A stretch of DNA of 64,000 nucleotides from Tubiluchus corallicola. Taxonomy: Eukaryota; Animalia; Priapulida. How positions within the stretch are numbered: the first letter of the stretch is position 1; every line of letters starts with the position of its first letter. The DNA lies in assembly GCA_030141605.1 (NCBI GenBank), contig JAQGDQ010000016.1, forward strand, positions 684,282-748,281, written 5' to 3'. The notes beneath the pieces were generated by a model, which was not told the DNA's origin, made no database searches, and worked only from the letters and a program-made list of their open reading frames with translations. Below, one piece after another: positions 47,229 to 60,100 of the stretch. The position numbers and the translations under genes were made by a program.

Positions 47229-50200
47229 CATATTCATTTGCGCATGAATTCAAGAATTGAAATTCAATAAAAATATGTACAATCAATTAAAAATTAAAAA
47301 AATCGTCTAGAGAAGATGCCTGTAGAAATAGCAATACTAATTAAAACATTTCATTAATAATGCAGTCAACATCATGTGACGCAAGTGCATCACAGTCTAG
47401 TATATTTTCAGGCAAATCTGTCATTTCTTTTACGATACTACTTATAATATCCACAGGAATGACCTCGTAGTACTTATTTAATATATCAGTACATATGTCA
47501 AATTGTGAGTTGCAAACCCAAACATAAGGTATTTGTAACTTTGTTACAAAAAGACGAGAGCGGGTTATAAATGACAGTGTGAGCCACGTGATTAATCAAA
47601 AGCCCATGTTGATTTAAAACGGTTTGCAAATTTGCTGAAACTTAATTTAAAGCTTATTTCTAAAGGTAAGCAATCAGAAAGAAGAGCAATGTTATTACCG
47701 TATGTTCTAGGAGATAAGCGCCTTATCATTCGAAGAACATTTCTCCGTGCAGCACAGCACACAATTTGCCAAATTTATGGTTAGAGTTAGAGTTTGTTGG
47801 CCACATACGTGGGATCGTACTTAATACCCAGTTTCTCGGACTGAGGAGGTCACAATCCTTAACTTTGAACAACAATGGCACAACTTAACTTTGGCACAAA
47901 AGTCGCATGGGAACCAAAAATCGGACATAAAGAATCGTATTATAAAATTCGTGGCCTCTTATAGCAGTACTGCGTCTCAGGGCCTCCAAGAGAAATTTTG
48001 CAAGGCGGTGCAAGACCCCTTTGGGCTCGAGGCCGGCAAAGATTTTTCTCAAAATTAAGGATTTCGCGTCCAGTAAATTTACAAGTAAACTCTCATAAAT
48101 GCTTTATTTCCATGATCAGGTATAACATAATGTAACAAACGTATTCAATTAATGCAGCAACATAATTCAGTATTTACGGTTACATTCACACAATCACCAT
48201 TTAGGTTTTTTCACAGTGAGATGCATTGAATCATGTATTTCCGGCTTTCTGCTTCAAAGTCTTGAACTTTCTGACAATTACAATAAATGAAGTCCTTGCA
48301 AAACAATACAGGCAGATGATGACGCGAAAATTCTGGAGTGTGCTAATTTGTGCATCTGCCCCGGTATATAATTGCTGGTATTGTCATATGTCTGTACAAC
48401 TAGAGTTACTAGACCTACAATATTTAAAAAATACTAATAGAAAAGTGTGGTGTGTTAAATATAGTGATATTTGAGTATGTGAATGTATGTCAGGCTGAGG
48501 GTAATAGAAAGTGCTTGTTCTCGAGGGGGATAGGTTATATATGGTTGCTGTAGGCCCTTCTTAGCTCTTGGGCCGGCTGGACTCCCCTCTCACAGGCCGC
48601 CTTGTGTCTTCTTTACCAGATCTACAGAGTGAAGTGAGATTGCCTTTTTTCAGATTGTACGCACATTTCGTCATTAATTTTAGGCACTGCGTGAGCGTCC
48701 ATTGTTTTGATGCTTTTCGAGGCTGGGCGAATAAAGAAGCAAATGGGCTGCTTGAAATTCGTTCGTCTGTGACGAATTTTCTTTCATCCTACTAGAAATG
48801 AGCTGCCTCACTTAGTCTTATAAAACGTTTATTATAGTATCAAAATGATCATTTTTAAACCACTTTTAAAACTTAGCGACATTTTCGATGTAAACCTCTA
48901 ATAAATCGTATCAGGAACTAAGTCGGGCAGTCGTATATAATATAGTGTACTAATATAGTGACTAGTACTGCAATTCCAAGCACTTTGAATTACTAGGCAG
49001 CTTATCTGCTATACGCATTTCATCAGCCGCCCACATACACATACATACAGCTGTGTTAAATACTTTTGTGAACGCATTAAGCTAATCAGAGCCGTTGGCT
49101 TCATATAACGGACTGCATTAAGCAACTTTATTGTTTTCCACACGCAAAAATCTCACTCTGTAGTTCTAATAAGCATAAATGATGAAGTTTATATGCAGTG
49201 ACCAGGCCGCTCCGACTTTGATCAAGTTTATAAAACTTACGAAATTTTGTTAAATGGCGTTTATAAAACATCTCGAAACATTTTGCGAAAGTTTCGCAAG
49301 CTACGAAAGCTTAATTAATAAAGTACTATGCAACTCTGCAATTCTTCGTAAAAGCATTCGAACAACCCAATTAAACTGAATATGAAATTTCGGTCATACA
49401 GTATTATAAGTTACAGTATGTGTGCCCCTAATCCGAAACTACTTTGTCGAAATTTGCCCACTCAAAACGGAATGGGTGGAGCTACTCTGCGGAAATTGGG
49501 GATTATCATCCAAGCAAAATTGCTAACGTTTTGGTAAGGTCCATACCCTCTATCTTTGATTACGTCAAATCATGCCTGTAAACTGAATATGCTCATACGT
49601 GGTAAAAATTGCAGCTTGGTGGTGGTTACATTCCGAAATTTAGAGACAGGAATATCACCGTCAGTCAGGTTTGGTGTTCTAACAAATATTGGTTGAATGC
49701 AAGTATAATAAACAGTTTTTATGTAGCTATAATCTTAATTAATTCTCATTAATTCCGGTTGACTACATCCCGATGATTATGAGAGTGCAATAGATCAGCA
49801 TCTTTTTCTTGCCAATTTACATAACCTTTACCCACGCCGAAATAACCTCGTATTCGCGTTCATCTGCGCCATGCGGCTAAGTTATTCCATTCGCAGTGAA
49901 TTTTCATGTTTTTGATAATGGAACTTGACAGGAGACGTGGGCGGACCTCTAAGCTGCATTCTTTCTGAGGAGGGGGCACACAAAAAATTTACTGAACATA
50001 AACACGTATTTGACTTGGTTTCGTACTACAGCTGACTTTGTTTCGTTTTCTGACCAAGATTCTTGGGGGAATTAAGTATGTGCGAAGGAATAGTGAGCCA
50101 CCCTCGCACCTCTACCCCTCGCCTGTGATCCTGTAAAACGATGTTTGTGCGCGGTTGGCAAAAGTAATAACGTCCAAGATCAATCAGACCGGTTACACTG

Positions 50201-51433
50201 ACAAATTGAATCTCCAAGTGCACTTTAATTGCTTTTCCTAATTGCTGTTTCTGTCTGTAACAGATCATGAGAAATGGTCATCACTTGCAAAGGTGTGCTG
50301 TGCTTTTCCATACCTCGTTCATATTCATTAAAATCATACCACCTATGCCTACTTGATAATTAGCTTTTAAAAAAAGCAATTAGGGATTAATTTAACTGGA
50401 GGTAGAGCTTGGTTTGATAAGTGTTACGCTCCGTATACGAAGCCCTCAGTTTCTTATGCTGTCAAAACGTCTTTAAACAGAGTTAGTAAAAATCACATAA
50501 TTATCATATATCACTAAGTGATCGATTAATAAATTTATAATTCATTTTTTCTCAATCAAGCCATTCACTTTTTCGTTCTTCTGACTACTTGCTTGGTTAA
50601 TCAATCAGTCACTAGCTAGATATTCGTTCGTTCGTTCGTTTAGCAAAAATGCGTAATCAAACAAAGTTTGTGTAAACCGCTTTTGTAAGTTTAGAGAGCC
50701 AAAGCAATGCGTTACCCTACCAAAATCGTTTGCACGCAAAATAAAAGTCGTTCTCTTCCACGAAAAGTCTTGATTGGCATTTGTGCGATAGAGTAGATAA
50801 ATGTAAATAATAAAACTAGGGCAAAGGGGAAAATCTACTCAGTGATTTGCCCGAACCCGCTGCAGGTATAAGCTCTCTAGAGAGTCTAGAGCTCCTTCTA
50901 TTGCGAACTAAATATAATCTTAAGGTTTGAATGGAATCGTCAGATTACTTTTTAATTAAAGCGATGTCATTACACGCGTGTGAGGGTCTCAGGTGAATAA
51001 ACAGGAAGATTACAACATAGAAATTGTACAATCCTGCAACATTAGCGCCGAGAAAGAAGAATAGCTTGGACTAATACACGCTGTTCAATCGAGTGTGTCA
51101 TACATGAGGACGACTACTCTGGGTTGTTTAATTTCAGTAATTAAGTACTTTGGGTAATGCTTTAAGTAATTAAGCCCGACAATATTTGGACGCGCAAAAC
51201 CTAGTAGTTTACATTAAAATGTATTAAAACAATTTATGCAGAATTGCAAATGTGTCACCACATAGTCATTCATTGTGCATTGAGTTAACCCCTTTGTTCA
51301 ATTCATCATCGACTTGCACATATTCTCCCTTTGAGCACTTAAAATCTTTGAGAATTTGTATAGTTACTAGCTAATTAATTTTGGGTGTGCAAACAAGAAG
51401 TTTATTTCAGGCATTTTACCTGTCATAAAAAGT

Positions 51434-51436
<3 letters not shown>

Positions 51437-51465
<29 letters not shown>

Positions 51466-51754
51466 GATAATGATAATGATAATGATAATGATAATGATAA
51501 TGATAATGATAATGATAATGATAATGATAATGATAATGATAATGATAATGATAATGATAATGATAATGATAATGATAATGATAATGATAATGATAATGAT
51601 AATGATAATGATAATGATAATGATAATGATAATGATAATGATAATGATAATGATAATGATAATGATAATGATAATGATAATGATAATGATAATGATAATG
51701 ATAATGATAATGATAATGATAATGATAATGATAATGATAATGATAATGATAATG

Positions 51755-51783
<29 letters not shown>
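51437..51783. repeat. (ATAATG)n microsatellite, ~58 units
   Basis: Uninterrupted hexamer array. Confidence 0.97.
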
Positions 51784-51787
<4 letters not shown>

Positions 51788-51815
51788 GTAGTAGTGGTAG
51801 CAGTAGTAGGAAGAG

Positions 51816-51818
<3 letters not shown>

Positions 51819-51902
<84 letters not shown>
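51819..51902. repeat. (AG)n microsatellite, ~42 units
   Basis: Pure AG run. Confidence 0.97.
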
Positions 51903-51904
<2 letters not shown>

Positions 51905-52830
51905 ATATTCAATGTTTTACAATTAATATTGCGCAGACAAGTATATGTATTTTAATAAACGTTCCTGCTTTATAAGTACACATACTACTTGCATAGCGGA
52001 AGACCTTGTAATGCAGCCTAATGTTAAAAACAAATTATTTTTAGTCTACTAAATAAAAAGACATAGATTACATAATTAAATCGTCACTTTTATTGCTTCT
52101 AATGTGAATTTGCCATCTTCTCAAGAAGAGCATGGACAATACAGGAAATTACTCAGAAAATACAAACACAAGTGAAAAGCATCAAGCTTTAAAGCTTTTA
52201 GTAACAGGTTTATCTGATGATGAAGCCAAGTGTGCTCGCATTTACCAAAATGTCATTTGTTTGAATGAAAATAGACTTGTCAGTATCACATGGCTTTAAG
52301 GAAGCTCAGTGCTTGATAAATTAAATCACTCTTACAATTGACTACCCAGAGAGTTTGTTCTTGCAAGAAAACGAAGATGCAGAGTTTCGAAGATGGAAAA
52401 AAATAATTATGTTTCAACGTTCACTCTGTCCCAGAGTACATTCATTTTAACACTTGAAAATAGGCTGTTTCATAAGTCACTCACTAACTTAATTTTCTTT
52501 TCAATTTTCTTTGCAAATTAGACCAATACTATTAATTCTGTAGTTGACTCATACTCAGAACCTGAGAGTTTTTGAAGTTTTGACACATTTTTTCCGTTAC
52601 TATGCTAACTCTGGAGGCGAAATGAAAAACTTGATACCACCAAAATTCTCATGAAACGTAGAATCAACCACAACATTGTCATTGTAATTGCCATTATTTT
52701 TTAATAAACTTTAAAAAAAATGACTGACATTCGACGCGTTTGAAAAATCGTGAAAAGGTAATTTTCACAATCACTATTTTGCTTGAGATCACAAAAACTA
52801 CAATTTTACTGTACGCATGTTGCAGAAGCT

Positions 52831-53240
52831 GTATTGTATTGTATTGTATTGTATTGTATTGTATTGTATTGTATTGTATTGTATTGTATTGTATTGTATT
52901 GTATTGTATTGTATTGTATTGTATTGTATTGTATTGTATTGTATTGTATTGTATTGTATTGTATTGTATTGTATTGTATTGTATTGTATTGTATTGTATT
53001 GTATTGTATTGTAGTGTAGTGTAGTGTAGTGTAGTGTAGTGTAGTGTAGTGTAGTGTAGTGTAGTGTAGTGTAGTGTAGTGTAGTGTAGTGTAGTGTAGT
53101 GTATTGTATTGTATTGTATTGTATTGTATTGTATTGTATTGTATTGTATTGTATTGTATTGTATTGTATTGTATTGTATTGTATTGTATTGTATTGTATT
53201 GCACTGCACTGTATTGCATTGTATCGCATTGCATTGTATT
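52831..53240. repeat. Compound pentamer microsatellite (GTATT)36(GTAGT)18(GTATT)20 plus degenerate tail
   Basis: Block boundaries at 53010/53011 and 53100/53101. Confidence 0.97.
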
Positions 53241-56200
53241 GAAATTTGCTGTCGTGTCTTAATTTCTATGTTGGTTGCACTGATACTTGTATATACTAAT
53301 TTAATCAAAACATGTCTATACAAAATAACTTTGCTGCTTAAACAGTTTTAAGAATTGAAATTTTATTTTGTTTAAACACCTAATTTACTCGTATCTATAG
53401 TGTAATTTTTCTAGAATTGTGAAAAGTTCTAGTCTATATACTGAAGTGGATACTTTTAGCGCAGTTTTACTCTCTTTTTGCACAGTTTATGTGGTCTAAC
53501 GAACAAGACACCCAACTTGAGTATCGTGTCAGTTTATTCTTATATTTGCAAAAGTTTTAGTGTAAATAGCAATGTAATCAGTAATCACTCTGTGTGACTA
53601 CAACTTTGAGTTGTCTGATTTAACGTCACGCTTTAAAGCGTCTCGCTCGAGTATTGAGGCCTTCTGTCTTCTTTCTAAGAAACTTTCTAATATGGTTCAA
53701 TTTCGAGCGACGCTTCGCCTCACCTGTCGCTGCACAGTCATCTGAAGCCAAGTGAATCAAACGCGTATCAATCTGTCATCGAGGCTGAAGCCAATCAGTG
53801 AAGGATCTACCGTGAGAAGAAGCCAGCCAGGTTTTGTAATTGATTAGTCGCGTAGGACGCAAAAACAGAACGCCACGGAGCACATTAGCTGAGTGTTTTA
53901 TAGACACGGTATCCCTTCTTGCACCTCTTACCGTTTCTGGAAAGGTAGTGTGTGTAAACTGGGCAGCAAAATAGCTGCTTCTTTGTGTTACAAAGTTCAA
54001 TTCAGCTGACAAATTCGTGGTGAAAGGAAGTTCCACTCTGTCATTTACTTTGCAATAATTGTCCGTTAAATGTGGTAATCATTTAGTGGAAATTTCTCAA
54101 TTAACTAATAGTTGTCAGTTAAATCTAATAATAGAGACCAAAACCATGTTCGGATGACTTATTAAACATTTATTAAAAGTTACAAAATTTTGTAGTAACA
54201 AATAATATCGTCAGACGGACGGGTAGCAAAATTATTTTGATTTTTATTAAACTTTTTGTCTACTTTGTGCACTTCTTAGTGAACTTTTTATCAAAACTTG
54301 TAACACTGTTTTGACTTTTTCATGTACTGCATTAGTAACTGACTATACAGTAACATACATGTAACTGTATACCAAATAGTGGATTCGCTTTGCCACAAAC
54401 TTGTCTGACACTAACGGAGTAATTATGAAGCTGTTTACAGTGAAAAATGTCTTGGGACTTATGTGCTCGCTAGATTAGTAATAACGAGAATGATATTGTT
54501 CCTCTGTGTAAGTTTTTGCTGCAAAACAAGACAGCATCGAGTGTGGAAGGATCAGAGTAGTGATCAAAAAGTGTCTCTGACGTTATCGTCATCTTCAGAT
54601 ACACAAAAGTGTATTTTCGGCTTTTTGTAATTTCTGCGACGTCATTTTGCTTACGCAGAGAGGCCAGTGAAAAAAATTGTAATATTTCGCAGAAGTCGTT
54701 GCCCAGACTGATACTCTACGTCTATTCGATATTATTATAGGTCCAAGTTTCTCCACTTATCTACAGTGTACAGCTTTCTGAAGGCCTAGAAGGCCTGAAA
54801 TTTACCAATCTCTTTCGCTTCTCCGGCACCTAGCTTTAGCTTTTCTATCCAATACACTGCATTCCCATAGGCCTACTGTATTCTAAGAGTAGCGAAATAA
54901 TCAAATGCATAGTTAACTGCAGACTTTAAAAGTTTTTATTTGCTGAACGTCTTTTTAACGTACTTCATTTATTACAGCTCATATGCTGGCCATTAATTCA
55001 CAATATGTTTTCAAATTCTGAAACAAAATTTAAAGAGATTTGGTGCGATTGACACATTTTTTACAAAAAAATATACAATTATTTATCAAGTAACTGCTTG
55101 TAAAAAATGATGTTTAGCTATCAATTGGTGGACCTATATATTGAATATGTGACCTATTATCTCTTTTAGCAATTTGGTCGCCTCCTTGTCCCTAAATCAT
55201 ACGTTTTTCGTCTTCACTGTCTCCAGAATTCAGCGTTGCCAGGTAACAAGTTGGATGACTTGTGTCGATGAAGCAAAGCAGCGTGACATAACAGGAGCTG
55301 GATTAAAACTCACTCAACCTGGATTGACGTGCTTTATAAACTTTTGTTCTAAAATCTTTTAATGCTCTCCAAGACTTAGTCGTTTTCAGGAATGAATTAG
55401 TCGTTTAATGGTGAAGAAAAATCACAATTTTATTGTTCGTGCTCAAAGCTGAATAAAGACTGGGTGATTTTACGATGCTTCGCTAGATTATAAGAATTAG
55501 CACTTCCGGATACTAGTGATATCGAGATTACTTGCTTCTGAAGTGATAAAGGTTTGCAAAGAAAACATTTTTCCATAAAAATTTCTTGTTACATTTCTGT
55601 GTTGAGCTTATGCATGAATGTTTTAGGGTACAAAATAATGAAAAGTTCGAGAGGTTGGTGCAACGTACGCACACGTACGTGGAAAAAATTATGAACAACA
55701 TCAAGGCGAATTGCCACTATATTGGAATTATGGCAATGATACTATGACCCGGGCAAAAATAAACGACTTGCTAAATAATAATTTGTTTCGTAGGAATCAC
55801 AGGTATTTGCGTTAAAACTGCATGGTCTACTGCAAACATTTATAAAGTTTACGATTACAATTACTAGGTGTGCCTTTGATCATCGTTGTTCTTTGCCTTT
55901 TAGGGATAAAATCAGTCAATAATGGATAAGAAAATAAACTGTGCTTAACAGGGTTCATAACTTTAACTTAAGAACTCGTTTCGTGCTATTCAATCAATCT
56001 GCTAGTTCGTGTTTTAAAAATTTAGTGTCAGTCTTTTAATTGCCACATCGTTATATTTTGCATCGATTTGTTTTGCCACATCGTATAAAATACGCCATAC
56101 GTATCACTTCCAAGCTGCACACAAATTTAGAGTTAATAATTATGATTCTACAGACAGCATTCGTAATTTCGATTACGACATATCACAGATTTTCTATTAA

Positions 56201-58027
56201 CAAAAATTTATTGTAAAGTTAATGTACCACGAAAAAAAGCTGAGCGAGAGTATAGTAATCTAATCTGTACGTCCATTTGTAAAATATTTCTTTGTCAGTT
56301 TATTCGCTCGTCCGTTCATCTTGAATACGTTACCGTCATTCGAACGTTAGGTGGTAAAAAAACTCTCGATGCAGGTCAAAAAAAGTGCACAGTATTTGGT
56401 AAGTCTACAGTATTTGGTGTAAGGTTGCTTCTACCTTAATGCGCATGGAGCTGAAAGTTTGTTAGTCAAAGTCACATTTTCAACTTTGCTTTGCATGCTT
56501 TGGTCTAAAAACCTCTCAATATCTAAAAATAATATTTGCTGAATGTCATCAGATTTAGTTTGGAGATAAATTAACAACATTTAGAGCAAAGACTCTGTTT
56601 CTACTTATAATTCCATTTATCCGGAGCAGTGTCTTGGAGATAGCGAGGCTAAAAAGACTAGTACGAACTCTCGAAGATTATGCATCAAGCGTCATAAAAC
56701 ATCTTGAATTGTTGAAGCTCATATTCCCTAATTCTACTGAGGCTGGTTTGAGGTCCTCTTTATCTTGTGCGAACACGGATTATGAAAATAAACGATTTAA
56801 AGTCAACTACACATGAATATTACAGATGAAAGATGAAAGTTCAAATATCAAGGTCAGAGCACTGCACCTGCTTTTTTATTGACGACAGTTCGCCTAGTTA
56901 TTTCGTTAATACTTGTAAGAAGTTCACGCGTGTTGTTTTCACAGTGTCATGATTTAGTTAATAAGAAACGTGCAAAGAAACGTTTAATCCGAAGAAGACA
57001 AAACTAACTTCAGGAAGCTGGCCTACGTACGTTCAACGCAATTTAGGCTAATTGTTTTCTTCTTATTAATTTTTAACCGCTGCGTGGGGAGCTGTGATTA
57101 ACAGACGTGTAGATCGTTACATGAGAACCAAATGTCAGAATGTCAATGAAACTAAAAATAAACTCAACTTAAAATTTGACACTAATTTTATTAAGTTTCG
57201 ACGCTTCCTTCCTAATGAAATAGGCCTAAAGAAATGACACCGCCAAACCCGATTTTCGCTTATATAAACCTCTAACAAAAAGTATCAAGTATCAGAAAAT
57301 CTGAGTTGGAGCAATTTCTTTTTATTTTTGTGTAAAACTGAAACTTCACAAAATGCGGTGTATTTAACCTTTAATTTGGTGACTAATCCTCTAAGATGAG
57401 ACACTGAACCGGCCGAGCATTAAATAAAATGGAAATAACCGGAATTGGTGTCTCAGCCAAACAGCCCGAGTCAGCTTGGGGAAGGTGAATCCTTCTTAAG
57501 CGCCGGTTTCAGTTTACTTAGTAAAATATCATTCGCCTTAGAATTCATCGTGCTATATCATGTCAGTCCAAATCTAGATTAGTTATCTACAGCACACTTT
57601 AAAGTTGGACTTGTTGCAGCAGGAGAACCAAATGTTCCCACTCATATCTTTCTTTTTCTTGAAATCCATTGTTTTGAAAAAAAGCTTTTGTTGGTAGAAT
57701 GCTTTTGTAACTGTCAAGCGGTTATTTGTGTTGTCAAAATCGTCGAAAGCAAAGCTTTACCCACAGAATTCTTCTTAACTAGAAGTGTTAATACATTCAT
57801 CAATTATCGTATTTGAAAAATCCATATCAGGTGCGTAACGCCTATCTATCGAACCTGTACATTGCTACCAGAGGTTTGCTTTGATCTTCAATCTTTGTAT
57901 TAGTGTATTAGTACAACAGAGTGAGCTGCTGATGAATAAACAGCAGTTGGCTCAAATAAATGCCCACTGTGTAGCAAATTATATCCTATGCCATAAATAT
58001 ACTACTAAAGTAGTACCAGTAATTGTG

Positions 58028-58100
58028 GTATTAGTATTATGTTAGTATTAGTATTGGTATTGGCATTGGCATTGGCATTGGCATTGGCATTAGCATTAGT
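58028..58100. repeat. Degenerate (GTATTA)/(GCATTG)n hexamer repeat
   Basis: GTATTA grading into GCATTG units. Confidence 0.85.
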
Positions 58101-59235
58101 ATAGAGTTGGTTTGTTTTTGTTATGTACTTAAAGGTAGCTACACTAACTATTACAACAGACATCACTATGACATCTTTTAAACTAAAAGAGTCCTCTTTC
58201 AAAAACAGATGTAGACTTTGCTCTGACGTTGGACTGACGACATAACTGTGCTCTCTGAAACGCCACATGTAATTATGCAGTACTATCAAATTTATGTCAT
58301 GCAATTATCTTTCATTGCAATTCACAAGGACTACTAAACTCCGTTGCTGCTTTTGACACTAAGGAAGTCCGCGTCTAACACAAGGGATAATCCGTTTATC
58401 TGTGCCAATCCGTCACTGATCGGTTCGATTCTCTTGCCGACATTAACAATGCATTAGAGATCTATGAAGACAGGGCCATTGTACTTACTGTTGATGAACC
58501 GTCAAAGTGAATACTAATCCAATTCGTCGAACAGGATTCTGTCGTACAGGGAGGTACTTACAGGCGTTTAAACGCAGCGATGACGATGTTATCTTATAAA
58601 CGAATGTCTAATCAAGCGAGTGTAGCGATAATGTGAAAGTTCTGATGATATTACCAACACCATCAATATCATCCGGATGAGAAGTGCACGGCGGGGAAAA
58701 ATGGCGAATGCGTTTAATTGCAATTGAAGTAACAGCATAATCAACAGTTATTAGGTTATGAGATACGAATTAAGTAAATATTAGACTTGATGAGAGCAGG
58801 TTTAATAAAGTCGGTTAGACGAATTTTTGCGTGAAAATTGTTTAGTTATAGGTGCACACGGTTTTGGAGTAAGACTCCACCTTCTTGAAATCTGTGTACC
58901 ACAAAATACATAAAATTCTCATAATACCCAACTATTTTATGCATCTAATCAGATTCCGAACAATGCAAAGGGATTGAGAACAGATGAGAACTAATAAAAA
59001 TGAGAGATTTAGAACTCTTAATTATTAAATTATAAAAACAAAAATATTTGTCCACTTGAGTAGTTTAACCACAAGTAAGAAGTTCAACCATCGTTGGAAT
59101 CGAAATCCACTGCAATGTCGAACCAGAATGACATTTTATTTTTGCAATAAATACGATTGTAATGCTATGATATTGTAACGTAGTACTTTGCTTCCAAGCT
59201 GTGTTTGGCTATCATGTTTGTAAAACAATATTAGA

Positions 59236-59528
<293 letters not shown>

Positions 59529-59948
59529 CACCATTTAAATAGAAGTATTATTAATCAGGAAATCATCTTCTAACATGATGACACTTGTGCATTTTGTTTG
59601 GAACTAATTAAAACTACGATTAGGCAGCATACTAGTGCGTTGCCATAGTTACGGATATAAGAGGAGGGATTCTAATTAATGTTACAGGTACAACTTTGAT
59701 GCTAGCATTAATTGCGTATCAATGCAAAAAGAATCCCAAAGAGCAGAATGAATGCTGGGCTATCACAGTCGAACCTTGAAATCTACGTAGCTAACTGTTT
59801 GTCAAAAGCTGCATTATTTGAAAGTAAACGTTCTATTTAAAAGAAATGCGTATCGCCATTGAATTTAACACGATAATACTGTGTAGAATTTAATGCACCA
59901 TGGCTTTATTATAAGTGAAATGATTTCAAGATTTAAAATTCGGAATGA

Positions 59949-60100
59949 ATTTACAATTCCCCACACAATTTAAATACCAAACCCTAACCCTAACCCTAAC
60001 CCTGACCCTAATCCTAATCCTAATCCTAACTAACCATAGCCCTAACTCTAACCCTAATCCACTCCTCGAACTAATTTCTTGTGTGTTGGCAATTGTAAAA
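59949..60100. repeat. Interstitial telomere-like (CCCTAA)n tract inside short inverted repeats
   Basis: CCCTAA/TCCTAA units at 59980-60060 between TTTACAATTCCCCACACAA and TTGTGTGTTGGCAATTGTAAA. Confidence 0.8.

Noticed and set aside
51367-53351. Long ORFs (poly-I, ND, IM, YNTIQ, CIVLY repeats)
   Set aside because: Translations of microsatellites with no stop codon in that frame; not genes.
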